DNA of 39,783 nt from the IMG/VR virus record IMGVR_UViG_2706794673_000014; one strand, written 5' to 3'. Made by a program: the position numbers and the translations under genes. This stretch comes from a virus. Lineage: Duplodnaviria; Heunggongvirae; Uroviricota; Caudoviricetes. Below are positions 8,102 to 18,541 of the stretch, in pieces. Every line of letters begins with the position of its first letter. Position 1 is the stretch's first letter. The notes below the pieces were generated by a model. That model saw only the letters and a program-made list of their open reading frames with translations, searched no databases and was not told the DNA's origin.

Positions 8102-9192
8102 GTGATTTCTCCTACCGTCAGCAGCTCACTGTCTCCCGCCTGAACTGACGTCAGCGGACTGCGCACTTCAAAATCCTCCAGATTTTTCACCCCTGCCACC
8201 GCCCGCCAGAAAGACGACGGCAGAACCAGACCGCCGGGCCGGGATTCGTTATACAACAGGTCGGTCAGCGCCTGTTTTACGGCCGCCTGATTCTCCGGTG
8301 TTTTCGGGATGATCCTGATGCTGAAGGGCACCGGCTTATTGGTCAGTTTAAACACGGTCACCGTCGGCCCCAGAGGCTGTCCGACAGGCTGGCCGGTCGC
8401 CGGATCATCATGACTGCGGATATAATCCGCCACCCGCTGAACATCACCGTCACCGGGGAAAATATCCGGGTTATTATCCTGAACAAACGTTACCCCCACG
8501 CTGCCCGCCTGCGGCCATTCCGGGCGGCACCATGCCCGCGTCACGCCCGGCACTTCACGCGCCCAGCGTTCAAAATCATACTGCGTGCCGNNNNNNNNNN
8601 NNNNNNNNNNNNNNNNNNNNNNNNNNNNNNNNNNNNNNNNNNNNNNNNNNNNNNNNNNNNNNNNNNNNNNNNNNNNNNNNNNNNNNNNNNNNNNNNNNNN
8701 NNNNNNNNNNNNNNNNNNNNNNNNNNNNNNNNNNNNNNNNNNNNNNNNNNNNNNNNNNNNNNNNNNNNNNNNNNNNNNNNNNNNNNNNNNNNNNNNNNNN
8801 NNNNNNNNNNNNNNNNNNNNNNNNNNNNNNNNNNNNNNNNNNNNNNNNTAAACCACGCCATCACTTCGCTGGAGAAGCACACCTTCCTTGATCCCCGCAT
8901 CCGTGGTCAGCATCAGCTGAACCGGCCCGTCCCCCCGAGAGGCAGGCTTACGCATGACGCCCCAGAATGCACAGTGTTTCAGCAGTTCGGCTTCATCGGC
9001 TTCGGTCGGGATGATCTGACGCGCAATCCAGGCCAGATGCTCATGCTCCTGAGCAGATAACCCTGCCTGAGCGTAAGCAATGGCATTCAGGGTGGTTTCA
9101 TTCACACCCGGCTGCGAGCCGGGCAGGCGCTGGCTGATATCCTGCTGTGTCTGCGTGATTAACTGTGCCAGCGGTAAAGGCTGATAAGGCAT
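8092..9192 (-). CDS. Baseplate J-like protein (Mu gp47-like); interrupted by N-run 8591-8848
   Basis: Size and position in baseplate cluster; both flanks of the gap read as one frame. Confidence 0.7.
   Translation of the reverse strand: MPYQPLPLAQLITQTQQDISQRLPGSQPGVNETTLNAIAYAQAGLSAQEHEHLAWIARQIIPTEADEAELLKHCAFWGVMRKPASRGDGPVQLMLTTDAGIKEGVLLQRSDGVVXXXXXXXXXXXXXXXXXXXXXXXXXXXXXXXXXXXXXXXXXXXXXXXXXXXXXXXXXXXXXXXXXXXXXXXXXXXXXXXXXXXXXXXGTQYDFERWAREVPGVTRAWCRPEWPQAGSVGVTFVQDNNPDIFPGDGDVQRVADYIRSHDDPATGQPVGQPLGPTVTVFKLTNKPVPFSIRIIPKTPENQAAVKQALTDLLYNESRPGGLVLPSSFWRAVAGVKNLEDFEVRSPLTSVQAGDSELLTVGEITWL
8591..8848. other. Run of N (unsequenced or masked)
   Basis: Read directly. Confidence 1.
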
Positions 9193-9629
9193 TACTCCCC
9201 CTTAAGATCAGCATAAAAAATCATGGGCCTCACTGAACCATCAGGCAGGGTTATGCGCACCGAAAGCGCCAGCCGCGCGTGTCCCACACGTTCTGCATGA
9301 CAGACCACGGATGACGCCACGCCATCCTGACTGAGCCAGCCCAGCGCCTCATCCGCGTAAGCACGGGCACGGCTTATCACCGAGGCCAGCGTTTTTTCCC
9401 GGCTGAGAAGCCACAGACGGGAGCCAATGGGGCGCGGGCGAAAACTGTCTCCCCACCATCCCCGGCGGTCGCGCGTACCGTCAGGGATTTCATCCGATGC
9501 CAGCGCCCGGCGGTCAGTAAACAGCGAAATCAGAACGGCCGTCAGCAGACTGTCATCCGTCAGCAAGTCGGCACCGTTCAGTTGCAGCGAACCGCACCCC
9601 TGATCCCATACAATTGCAATATCAGCCAT
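9192..9629 (-). CDS. Baseplate protein (Mu gp46/W-like)
   Basis: ATG at 9627-9629 overlapping stop of upstream gene (ATGGCTGA); gene order. Confidence 0.65.
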   Translation of the reverse strand: MADIAIVWDQGCGSLQLNGADLLTDDSLLTAVLISLFTDRRALASDEIPDGTRDRRGWWGDSFRPRPIGSRLWLLSREKTLASVISRARAYADEALGWLSQDGVASSVVCHAERVGHARLALSVRITLPDGSVRPMIFYADLKGE

Positions 9630-10236
9630 TCTCCGGCGCTCCTGTCTTACTGCCTTTGCCGTTATCCTGATGCACATGGCCGGAATAGGTGATCCCGGCA
9701 ATAACGGCATCAGACATCGTGAACAGCCCGTCTGATTTACCTGTACCATCAAGCACGAAATTACCCTTAACATGCAGGTTTTTATCCACCGTCACATTGC
9801 CCGTAAAGGTGGCCTCCGGCGTATCCACCCGCATCCCCTCATCGGCGTAAATCTCCAGCATTTTGCATGTCACAATAATGCGACCATCCTTTGTTAACCG
9901 TATCCGGTGCCCCTCATGGTGATACACCCCCGTATCTCCGGCTGTGAGTCCGGTCGGGCGGCTGCGCCGGTCTTCCACCACAAGCACCACAGTCTGATCC
10001 CGCTGTCCGCCCAGACAGGCAAAAAAGGTTTCCGCACCCGGCAGGGGAACGCTGATCTGCCCGTACTGCTGGGGACGCTCCACATCATCAAAGGTTTCGC
10101 CGTCCATGCCGGTGAGCTGCACATTCTGCATTTTCAGTTCGTCATGTGTGCCGGTCAGAACGCCCCGGCCAAACAACAGGCGAATACCGCGCGTTACCGG
10201 GGCAATCAGGCGGCTGAACACTTCATCATTCATCAA
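9622..10236 (-). CDS. Baseplate assembly/spike protein V (Mu gp45-like)
   Basis: 204-aa ORF in baseplate cluster; gene order and size. Confidence 0.75.
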   Translation of the reverse strand: MMNDEVFSRLIAPVTRGIRLLFGRGVLTGTHDELKMQNVQLTGMDGETFDDVERPQQYGQISVPLPGAETFFACLGGQRDQTVVLVVEDRRSRPTGLTAGDTGVYHHEGHRIRLTKDGRIIVTCKMLEIYADEGMRVDTPEATFTGNVTVDKNLHVKGNFVLDGTGKSDGLFTMSDAVIAGITYSGHVHQDNGKGSKTGAPENG

Positions 10237-11350
10237 AGCTGATCCCCTGTTTTTTCATCTGCTGGCGAATAAAGGCATCAACATCGTCACCGGAACCACC
10301 CCGGCCCTTACTGTCCGGCTCTGCCGGAACGATAAAGCCGTCACGCGGTGCCAGTACCAGCCGGGTGACTTCCCCGTTATGTTCATCAAGTAAAAACTCC
10401 ACCTGACAGACCAGCAGTTCAGTCTGTTCTATACCGAAACGCAGGGCTGAAACACCGGTCAGCAGATTGACATCCCATAACCGGCCATCATCCCGGAACC
10501 AGCCACGCACGGTGGCAGAAAACCGTTCTGAACGGGCAATCGCACGGCGCATTTCACGCAGGGCACGCTGCCGTGCACCGGTGGTGTCTGTCTGTTGATC
10601 GGCGAGGATGATTTTCGACCGGTAGCGGCCGATCTGCTCATCACTGATGACGCCCACAGGTGCTGCCAGACGGGCGGCGGATTCGCTGTCTCCCCGTTTG
10701 CCACCACCGCGCCCGTGTCCCCGGACACGGTATTCGCTGTATCGTCCTCGCCAGTCCGTGTTGTAATCGGCATCAAGCAGGTTATCTCCCAGCACCAGTC
10801 TGTCCGTCTGCTGGCTTCCTGCCTGGGTGAACACCAGATCGCCGTCAGCATTACTGGTCACCAGCACCCCGCGATGCCGGGCAGCACGGGTCAGCGCATC
10901 CGCCACGGTTTCTGAGTTTTCCAGCGTAAAAGAGCTGAAGGGGCGTGCAGCCGTGTCGTCGTTAACCTGCCAGCGCACGGCTATCCCGAAGGGCGCACAT
11001 AAATCTGCGGCAATCTGTGCCAGCGTCCGGTTGCGCCACTGGCTGCCGGGATGGATGGCGGCACAGTCCACCAGGTCGCCGGTTTTATCCCGACCGCTGA
11101 TGCTGATCTGATGACGGGTTGCACTGATCCGCTGACTGACCTGATCCAGCCAGCCACTGATGACCGTCTGCCCGTTAATTCTGAGCGTCAGGGACTGACC
11201 GGTTCGCAGGGCTGAGGGGATGCGCTCACCGGGCAGCATCAGCCCCAGTTCAAACGACCCGGCCAGATGCTCCAGCGAGCGACGGACGCTGACCGTCAGC
11301 CAGCCGGAAAAAATACTGCCACCGATATACAGTTCAATCCTGCTGCTCAC
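10226..11350 (-). CDS. Baseplate hub/tail protein (Mu gp44-like)
   Basis: 374-aa ORF after DNA circularisation gene; gene order. Confidence 0.7.
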   Translation of the reverse strand: MSSRIELYIGGSIFSGWLTVSVRRSLEHLAGSFELGLMLPGERIPSALRTGQSLTLRINGQTVISGWLDQVSQRISATRHQISISGRDKTGDLVDCAAIHPGSQWRNRTLAQIAADLCAPFGIAVRWQVNDDTAARPFSSFTLENSETVADALTRAARHRGVLVTSNADGDLVFTQAGSQQTDRLVLGDNLLDADYNTDWRGRYSEYRVRGHGRGGGKRGDSESAARLAAPVGVISDEQIGRYRSKIILADQQTDTTGARQRALREMRRAIARSERFSATVRGWFRDDGRLWDVNLLTGVSALRFGIEQTELLVCQVEFLLDEHNGEVTRLVLAPRDGFIVPAEPDSKGRGGSGDDVDAFIRQQMKKQGISFDE

Positions 11351-12692
11351 TGATCACCTCCACGCTGCGGCCACCCGGAACAAAAACCGGATCGGGGATA
11401 TTGTTTCTGCGGACAAAATACTGCCAGCGACTGCTGTTGCCGGTGGCACGGTACAGCGTGACCAGTGCCGGTTCGGTGGTGCGAACCATGACCTGAAAAG
11501 CACCGGGAAGATGCACGCTCCGTGTGGTTAAATCTTCTGTCAGCGCAAGCCCTGCATCACGTAATGCAAGGGCAGTCCCGGTATAGCCCTGTGCGGACAG
11601 ATCCAGCACCTGTTGTTCCATGGCATCGCTCAAATCCCGGTTGATACGCTGCACATCAGCAGAACTTTCCAGCCAGGCCAGTCCGCCCGAACGGTCAGTA
11701 TCCTGAACGTGCGTCGTATTCTGCCGGATGACCTGATCCAGCAGTTTTCCGAGCGTCTGTGCCTGCGACACCAGGGTTGCACTCTGCATCACGCTCCGCA
11801 GCAGACGGATATTTTTCTGTGCCGCAGGCGTCAGGCCAATCAGGCGCTGTGGATCATCCTGTTCGCTGAGGGTGTAACGCAGGGAGGAAAGTGTGCGGTA
11901 CAGCTGCGGCATGGCCTGCTCTGCCATGCTGTCACGGTTTGTGGTCAGGCTGCCGGACGGCGTTCCGGCTTTTCCGGTCAGAGACAGGGAAGGATCGCCG
12001 GGCAGCCCGGTCAGCACGGCAAACATTCCGGCCAGCGATTCAGCCATGCGACGGGGCGCATTAATCAGGGCGGCGGCATTGCCTTTCAGGGCAGTAAAAC
12101 TGGCCGTAAAGGCACTGATATCCTGCACAATCCCCATCCCCGAAACGGCATTCTCCAGTGCATCAATCTTATCGCTGATGGTGTCGGTCATGGCCTGTAC
12201 ATCATGCAGACCGTCTGAAATCACCGTCCAGCCGTCTGAAAGCGTGTTAAACAGCTGATTCATTGCTGAGCCGCTTTTCTGCTCCAGCGCAGCTGCCGTA
12301 TCTTCTGCCACCGCAGGGGCGGTATCGTCACTGGCGGGGATCACGTTGATCGTGAACTCAACCGTTCCCTGCTCGCTGGCGTTATAACGGCTTTCAAAGC
12401 TGTTTATCAGCACGTTTAACGTGCCGTAATCCGGGTGCATCAGTTCACCGGCACCGGGTGCACGCAGCGCATCACGCAGGCGGCTTCGCTGTGTCTGAAG
12501 ATCGTCTCCGGTCACCAGAACCGTGAATGTGAACTCCGGGAGTTTTGGCCCCAGATCATCCGCACCGCCGCTTTCACGCAGTGGGTATTCACGGCGCACA
12601 ATGTTACGTCCGCCCCGTTCCCGCTGCTCCTGATAAACCAGGAACGGTACGCCACGAAAGGAGCCACGCCCCGGCGTGTCAGTAGAGGCCAT
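11334..12692 (-). CDS. DNA circularisation protein (Mu gp43/P-like)
   Basis: 452-aa ORF immediately after tape measure; gene order. Confidence 0.75.
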   Translation of the reverse strand: MASTDTPGRGSFRGVPFLVYQEQRERGGRNIVRREYPLRESGGADDLGPKLPEFTFTVLVTGDDLQTQRSRLRDALRAPGAGELMHPDYGTLNVLINSFESRYNASEQGTVEFTINVIPASDDTAPAVAEDTAAALEQKSGSAMNQLFNTLSDGWTVISDGLHDVQAMTDTISDKIDALENAVSGMGIVQDISAFTASFTALKGNAAALINAPRRMAESLAGMFAVLTGLPGDPSLSLTGKAGTPSGSLTTNRDSMAEQAMPQLYRTLSSLRYTLSEQDDPQRLIGLTPAAQKNIRLLRSVMQSATLVSQAQTLGKLLDQVIRQNTTHVQDTDRSGGLAWLESSADVQRINRDLSDAMEQQVLDLSAQGYTGTALALRDAGLALTEDLTTRSVHLPGAFQVMVRTTEPALVTLYRATGNSSRWQYFVRRNNIPDPVFVPGGRSVEVISEQQD

Positions 12693-14736
12693 AGTTCCCT
12701 CCGTTCCAGACGTTCACATCCAGGCCATGCTGTGCGGTATCATCCACATCAATACTGCGCGCCCGCCAGCCTTCAGGGGCAACAAGCTCCACCCGTGCGG
12801 CGGTTTTCGCGGTGGCCTGTCCGCCGTTTTCGTCACTGCCGCCACGCAGTTTCTGCCAGGCCTGCGTCAGCCAGCCCCCCAGATAATCACCGAGATAGCT
12901 GCCCACCGTGGAACCAATGGCAACCCCGACCGGACCGGCAGCCGCCCCCAGCGCGCCACCGGCGATACTTCCGGCAAGGGAACCCACGGCACCGGCTTTA
13001 TCGGCTGCACTGGCGCTGCTGTCCAGCAGTACAGGAGCCGCCATGGCACCGGCCCACAGGGCACCACCACCCAGCCGACCGGCACCACGGAACAGCCCGG
13101 CAAAACGCCCCAGCCCCATGCGGTTTCCGGCCGCCGTTAGCAGACCACCGGCACGGCTCATCATACGACCGAAGAAGCCCTGTTTACCGGCACTCTCCGC
13201 CAGTTGCTCACCGGCAGTCACGACGGTCGTGACACCCCGTCCACGTCCGGGGCCGCGTTTTTTACGGCCGCGCACGGTTTTGCCGTCACCGCTGACCACC
13301 ACATCCCCGCCACCTGAGGCCAGGCCACCCGCAGGCCAATTGGTGACCAGCACGGGCTGAACGGCAGCCGGATTTACCCCGGTAAGGAAATTCAGGAACC
13401 GGCCAGCGCGTCCGGGCTGCGTTCCCGGTACAGTGGTCTGCGGTTTGCGGAAGGGCGACGTCAGCACGGAGGTCATCGCCATGCCATAGCGTAAGGGGGT
13501 TGCGCCGAGACGTAATGCCCCCGTCCCCGCAAACCTGAGCACCTTCAGCGCACGGGAGGCGAGATACATATACATCAGGTACTTTGCGGCGGTCTGCGCA
13601 CCCTGACCAATGCGATCCAGCGCATCGCCATAACCGGCGTCGCGCAGTGCCTGAAGCGTTTCCCTGACTTTCTGAATGACCCGGTAAAAGCCGGTCGCAG
13701 CGTCTCTGGCATACTCAAATCCCTGATTCAGGGCTGAGGCCGTCTGTGTGGCCAGCTTATCCTGTAAGCCGCTTTTCTGTGCCGCATCAGCATAATCCAG
13801 AAAGCCTTTCAGGCTCTTTTTCAGGCTGTCAAACGGTCCCTTTGCCATCACCTCGCGGGCAAATCCGTCCCAGACATCGCCCATCATGGACGTCATTCCC
13901 GTCCAGGAATTCATGGCGTTTTTCTGGGCACCTTTTGCCTGTTCGGCCATCACCTGAAATAACAGGCGAATGCTGTCCGGTCCCAGTTTTCCTTTCTCGC
14001 CTTTCTCACGGATGATCTTCTGGTTTACACCCAGCTTATCGGCCAGCAACTGGTAAACGTTAATCCCGTATCCGGTCAGAATATTGGCGTCCGCTGCCTG
14101 GATACTCTGGCGGGCAAACATCTGTTTGAGTTGCAGGGACGCACCCTGTGCATCTGACAGTGACCAGCCGTGATAGCCGCCCTGATCCTGAAGCATGGTA
14201 ATAAAGCGACGGGCTTCCCTGTCACTCATACCGAACCCGCGACTGGAGGCGTATTCCTGCATAACCCCCGCCAGCCCCCAGGTGGTGTCTTTGGCGTTCT
14301 GTACCGCCCAGGCTTTCACTGCTTCCGTTTTTGCCGTATCGCCATGATTAATGGCGTTGAGACGCAGAATATAGTTCTCCATCTCTGCGGCCGGGCGGAT
14401 AAAGGCTTTATTAAACCCGTAGACCGCAGCCCCTCCCGCCAGCATCCCGTAAAGGTTGCTTATCCGCCCGATGGTGCCGGTAATGCTGCCCTGAAGGCGG
14501 TCAAAATCTGACGTCACCGTGCGGATACTGCCACGAACACCGGCAAGCGTTCGCTGCATACGGGAGCCGACAAGTTCTGTCTCCTGACCGGCACGACGTG
14601 CTGCATTTCCAAGACCACCCAGCCCCGTCCTGCCGGAACGGGAGAATGCCCCCAGCTCCTGTGACCACTGGCGGGATTTGGCAGAAATATTGCCGAGTAA
14701 ATCGACAATCAGGGAGGCTTTCAGGTTTTTTGCCAT
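12679..14736 (-). CDS. Tail tape measure protein
   Basis: 685-aa ORF, Gly/Ala-rich C-terminal repeats, between tail chaperone-like genes and baseplate genes. Confidence 0.8.
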   Translation of the reverse strand: MAKNLKASLIVDLLGNISAKSRQWSQELGAFSRSGRTGLGGLGNAARRAGQETELVGSRMQRTLAGVRGSIRTVTSDFDRLQGSITGTIGRISNLYGMLAGGAAVYGFNKAFIRPAAEMENYILRLNAINHGDTAKTEAVKAWAVQNAKDTTWGLAGVMQEYASSRGFGMSDREARRFITMLQDQGGYHGWSLSDAQGASLQLKQMFARQSIQAADANILTGYGINVYQLLADKLGVNQKIIREKGEKGKLGPDSIRLLFQVMAEQAKGAQKNAMNSWTGMTSMMGDVWDGFAREVMAKGPFDSLKKSLKGFLDYADAAQKSGLQDKLATQTASALNQGFEYARDAATGFYRVIQKVRETLQALRDAGYGDALDRIGQGAQTAAKYLMYMYLASRALKVLRFAGTGALRLGATPLRYGMAMTSVLTSPFRKPQTTVPGTQPGRAGRFLNFLTGVNPAAVQPVLVTNWPAGGLASGGGDVVVSGDGKTVRGRKKRGPGRGRGVTTVVTAGEQLAESAGKQGFFGRMMSRAGGLLTAAGNRMGLGRFAGLFRGAGRLGGGALWAGAMAAPVLLDSSASAADKAGAVGSLAGSIAGGALGAAAGPVGVAIGSTVGSYLGDYLGGWLTQAWQKLRGGSDENGGQATAKTAARVELVAPEGWRARSIDVDDTAQHGLDVNVWNGGNYGLY

Positions 14737-14739
14737 GGG

Positions 14740-14886
14740 TTACTGCTTCGTTCTGAGAATTTTTTCGGTCTGTCGGCAGTGCCGGTAAAGCTGCGATAAG
14801 GGGAGGTTAAGCGCCCACTCCGGGCCGCTTTTTGTCACCATCCCCAGCACAATTGCGGCTTCTTCAATCTGATCCCGGCACTGCAT
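14740..14886 (-). CDS. Small ORF (48 aa) between chaperone-like gene and tape measure
   Basis: ATG at 14884-14886 with GGGGG 8 nt upstream; overlaps upstream gene by 23 nt in the +1 frame. Confidence 0.35.
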   Translation of the reverse strand: MQCRDQIEEAAIVLGMVTKSGPEWALNLPLSQLYRHCRQTEKILRTKQ

Positions 14887-15340
14887 CTGGTCGCCCCCGT
14901 TCAGCGACCAGCTTTCCGGCCATCGCGGAATCAAGCAGGCTTACTGCCGCCATCAGTCGGGAGAGATCGCGCTCGCTGAGCTGTCCTATCTGACGCGGAG
15001 ACAATGGCCCCTCAATCTGGCCGACAGCGGCAATCTGACGGCGCAGCAGCGCAATGCCGCGCAGTGCCGGTGAGGCCACAAGAACCGGACCGTTTCGGGT
15101 TTCCATAAGACGCTCGGCCTCGCTCTCCGCATCAATGCTGTCTTTTGCCGTCAGTTCGCGGAAGGTGACGCGGTATTCACGGGATTCCCCGAACGGCAGA
15201 CCGTCGAGCAGATCCACATAGCCGTTCGCCAGTTGTTCAGCCAGCCCGGCGGTGCGGGGATCGCCGTCTTCAAGTGCATCCCGGATAGCCTCCATCACGG
15301 CCTCGTCAGAAACCGCCGTTTTTTTCTTACGTGTGCTCAT
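14864..15340 (-). CDS. Putative tail assembly chaperone (Mu gp41-like position)
   Basis: 158-aa acidic ORF between tail tube and tape measure; position only. Confidence 0.5.
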   Translation of the reverse strand: MSTRKKKTAVSDEAVMEAIRDALEDGDPRTAGLAEQLANGYVDLLDGLPFGESREYRVTFRELTAKDSIDAESEAERLMETRNGPVLVASPALRGIALLRRQIAAVGQIEGPLSPRQIGQLSERDLSRLMAAVSLLDSAMAGKLVAERGRPDAVPGSD

Positions 15341-15354
15341 TACATTTTTCCTGA

Positions 15355-15765
15355 TTACTGGACACGGGTACTGGTGGCGCTGGCGAACTTCGCGGAGATA
15401 TCACCACCACCGTCAAGCGAGGCCGGTTCACTGCTCCAGGCCTTCGTCATCATGTGGACTTCACCGGTATCGGCCANNNNNNNNNNNNNNNNNNNNNNNN
15501 NNNNNNNNNNNNNNNNNNNNNNNNNNNNNNNNNNNNNNNNNNNNNNNNNNNNNNNNNNNNNNNNNNNNNNNNNNNNNNNNNNNNNNNNNNNNNNNNNNNN
15601 NNNNNNNNNNNNNNNNNNNNNNNNNNNNNNNNNNNNNNNNNNNNNNNNNNNNNNNNNNNNNNNNNNNNNNNNNNNNNNNNNNNNNNNNNNNNNNNNNNNN
15701 NNNNNNNNNNNNNNNNNNNNNNNNNNNNNNNNNNNNNNNNNNNNNNNNNNNNNNNNNNNNNNCTT
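15355..15765 (-). CDS. Tail tube protein (only C-terminal ~40 aa visible; remainder in N-run 15477-15762)
   Basis: Open frame ending ...GGGDISAKFASATSTRVQ with stop at 15355-15357; located between sheath and chaperone. Confidence 0.4.
   Translation of the reverse strand, partial: KXXXXXXXXXXXXXXXXXXXXXXXXXXXXXXXXXXXXXXXXXXXXXXXXXXXXXXXXXXXXXXXXXXXXXXXXXXXXXXXXXXXXXXXXXXXXXXXXADTGEVHMMTKAWSSEPASLDGGGDISAKFASATSTRVQ
15477..15762. other. Run of N (unsequenced or masked)
   Basis: Read directly. Confidence 1.
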
Positions 15766-15768
15766 ACC

Positions 15769-17280
15769 TCACAAAATGAAACGGATCTGCGCGGCCATGA
15801 AGCGGAACTGGTTAACCAGATCCGGTGTACACATCACATCCAGACGGTTACGNNNNNNNNNNNNNNNNNNNNNNNNNNNNNNNNNNNNNNNNNNNNNNNN
15901 NNNNNNNNNNNNNNNNNNNNNNNNNNNNNNNNNNNNNNNNNNNNNNNNNNNNNNNNNNNNNNNNNNNNNNNNNNNNNNNNNNNNNNNNNNNNNNNNNNNN
16001 NNNNNNNNNNNNNNNNNNNNNNNNNNNNNNNNNNNNNNNNNNNNNNNNNNNNNNNNNNNNNNNNNNNNNNNNNNNNNNNNNNNNNNNNNNNNNNNNNNNN
16101 NNATCCAGATAGCTGGGATCGATTTCGCCGTATGCATTCTGACGGTACATCGTCACCTGACGTTCAATCTGCACCACATCCGCGGCCGCGACGGTCACCG
16201 TGGACATGCCGGTATAAAGCAGGCTGTTTCGCTCTTCCCGCGTCAGACGATCCGGTGCTTCAGGTGCCATACGGGCAGGCAGCGCCAGTGTCTGTAATGG
16301 TCGGGCCGGATCCGTTGACAGGGAGGGCGCACAGACCGCACAAATGGAGGCAGCCCAGACATAATCCGGCTCTGGTGCTTTAGGAATAGAAGTGCAGGTA
16401 AACAGGAAGTCATTACGGGATTCACCAAAACTGGTTGCCGTACCGAAGGTGCCGGTATGCGCCATCCAGACCATACCGTCCGACATTTTTACCGGTCCCC
16501 AGCGTTTCAGCAGTTCATCCGCCAGAATTTTGAGATTTGCCGCATCCTTATAGGGCATGACGATGTAGTTGTACTGACGATTCCCCATCCCTGAGACGCT
16601 ACGGGTGATATCGGGGTTTGTTGCCTTCTGTGTTGGCGCGACGAGCTCCAGCGTAAGACCGGCCGGTGTAGTTTCACCGTCATAATAGTTCACCCGTAAA
16701 TCATGAGCTGAGCATTCACCGATAAAGCGGGCGTTAACCCCCATGCTGCCTTTAAGTCCTTCAGCATTATCACCACTGACTTCAGCTGCGATAGCAGTGA
16801 ATGGCGCATCAGTGTCAGCGTTAATGACCTTNNNNNNNNNNNNNNNNNNNNNNNNNNNNNNNNNNNNNNNNNNNNNNNNNNNNNNNNNNNNNNNNNNNNN
16901 NNNNNNNNNNNNNNNNNNNNNNNNNNNNNNNNNNNNNNNNNNNNNNNNNNNNNNNNNNNNNNNNNNNNNNNNNNNNNNNNNNNNNNNNNNNNNNNNNNNN
17001 NNNNNNNNNNNNNNNNNNNNNNNNNNNNNNNNNNNNNNNNNNNNNNNNNNNNNNNNNNNNNNNNNNNNNNNNNNNNNNNNNCTTGTGAAGCTCGGGTAAT
17101 ACGTACTGGTACATCAAGCTGACCGCGCCCCTGAATGGTAGTGTCTTTCATTGCAGCCTGACCAAACAACAGTACCGCCTGACGCTGTGGTGGAGTGCCG
17201 GTCACGGCCATTGAATTATTGATTTCAATCTGTACCAGCGGAATGCGATTGTTATCGCCGATATAATCAAAGTTAATCAT
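15769..17280 (-). CDS. Contractile tail sheath protein (Mu L-like); interrupted by two N-runs
   Basis: N-terminus MINFDYIGDNNRIPLVQIEINNSMAVTGTPPQRQAVLLFGQ is typical of sheath N-termini; C-terminal frame ends ...AAQIRFIL at 15769; frames differ across gaps. Confidence 0.75.
15853..16102. other. Run of N (unsequenced or masked)
   Basis: Read directly. Confidence 1.
16832..17081. other. Run of N (unsequenced or masked)
   Basis: Read directly. Confidence 1.
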
Positions 17281-17558
17281 CAGGACGTCCCCTTATCTGA
17301 TGCTGCGGTTTTTTCAGCCACCGCCGCAGTTTTTTCTGCTACCGCTCCCGCTGGTTTTGCCGCCGCGCCGGTATTAGCAGTTGTGGCAGCCGGGGCAGGC
17401 TCCGCCGTTTTATCCACCACAATGACGTCGCCATCATTAAGACGGCGGCACCAGAACGGAGTGAAGGGTTTCTCTTCCCCGTCCTGAGAGAGCGGAGTCA
17501 TCGTGTCGGGATCGCGGATCAGGCATCCCGGCGCAGGTTTAATAAAAATGGTTGTCAT
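17280..17558 (-). CDS. Conserved Mu-like head-tail region protein (gp38-like)
   Basis: 92-aa ORF, position upstream of sheath. Confidence 0.55.
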   Translation of the reverse strand: MTTIFIKPAPGCLIRDPDTMTPLSQDGEEKPFTPFWCRRLNDGDVIVVDKTAEPAPAATTANTGAAAKPAGAVAEKTAAVAEKTAASDKGTS

Positions 17559-17561
17559 CTG

Positions 17562-18125
17562 TTATTCCTCTGACAGTCCGGCGTTTTCACCGGCGGCAGT
17601 TGCACCAGGCAGACGGATGTGTGCCTTAAATTCCGGCGTGCCTTCCGGTTCGGTAAAGGTTTCGTAATGGCGCAGGAAATCATCCAGCGAGCTGATATCC
17701 GTCAGCGGGTCGATCATTTCCTCGCATGAGAAATACAGGGCGTACATCACGGCACCGCTGCCTGCCTGCGTTTCGGTGTAACCGTTGACCGCCTTTTCAA
17801 AGTAAAGCGGTGAGGTTTTTTCTGCTCTGAAGCCGTCCAGCACGGTAATCAGGCGGGCCACAATCTGATAAAGCCCGGGACGGCTGACCTCACGGCCATT
17901 GAGCATGTCGCCGATGACGTAGAACACCCAGTGACTGACCAGACGCCCACGGGTACGCCCTTCACCGGCACCCAGCCAGGCAACATAGATAGCCGGGGCG
18001 TTAATCAGCATGGTGCGCAGTACGCTGTCGCTCCAGTCGCCGGGATGTGTGTCAACAGACACCAGTTCATTCCCGAAATACTCACGGATACGGGCGATGT
18101 ACGCCTGCTCGGTTTCCGTAATCAT
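17562..18125 (-). CDS. Conserved Mu-like protein (gp37-like)
   Basis: 187-aa ORF; gene order. Confidence 0.6.
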   Translation of the reverse strand: MITETEQAYIARIREYFGNELVSVDTHPGDWSDSVLRTMLINAPAIYVAWLGAGEGRTRGRLVSHWVFYVIGDMLNGREVSRPGLYQIVARLITVLDGFRAEKTSPLYFEKAVNGYTETQAGSGAVMYALYFSCEEMIDPLTDISSLDDFLRHYETFTEPEGTPEFKAHIRLPGATAAGENAGLSEE

Positions 18126-18541
18126 ATAAAGCCCTTCTGGTTGCGCCCGAACACCGCCGCATCAGACTGCACCTGCGGTAAATCCCCGGATTCAGGGGCC
18201 GCACCGTCTGTATCCACGCCGACCGGCACGTTACCGTTCATGACATCTTTCAGCCAGGCCAGCGCCTCACGGTAACGGTCACGCGCCTGATCGGATGCCC
18301 GCTGATCGCACAGGTAATAAAAGGCAATCGTGCAGCAATGCTGAACAAGGACCGCCGGAACCACCGCCAGCGGCAGCGTGTAACGGGAAGACAGATAGCT
18401 GTCGATAAGGGCAGACGCGTCCGTCAGTGCCCGGTTCAGCTTGCGCGTGTCCGGTTCATCCGAACGGGGCACGGCCAGTAATGGCCTGAGCAAATCCTCG
18501 CGGTAACGTGCCCGCATATCGGTTTCGGTGGCGTAATTCAT
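18122..18541 (-). CDS. Conserved Mu-like protein (gp36-like)
   Basis: 139-aa ORF; gene order. Confidence 0.6.
   Translation of the reverse strand: MNYATETDMRARYREDLLRPLLAVPRSDEPDTRKLNRALTDASALIDSYLSSRYTLPLAVVPAVLVQHCCTIAFYYLCDQRASDQARDRYREALAWLKDVMNGNVPVGVDTDGAAPESGDLPQVQSDAAVFGRNQKGFI

Noticed and set aside
12435-13360. Long plus-strand ORFs (12435-13232, 12676-13140, 12908-13360) opposite the tape measure gene
   Set aside because: Antisense frames in GC-rich coding DNA; Pro/Arg/Ala-rich low-complexity translations; the minus-strand gene fits phage gene order. The same reasoning applies to other plus-strand ORFs inside minus-strand genes (for example 19891-20454, 24126-24725, 26673-27293, 36023-36580).
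14740-14934. Programmed -1 frameshift joining 14864-15340 to 14740-14934
   Set aside because: The downstream ORF is in the +1 frame relative to the upstream one and no -1 frame partner is open.
15233-16383. Plus-strand ORFs running through N-runs (15233-16297, 15454-16383, 8410-9060, 33904-34314 and similar)
   Set aside because: N translates to X without stops, so these are artefacts of gaps.
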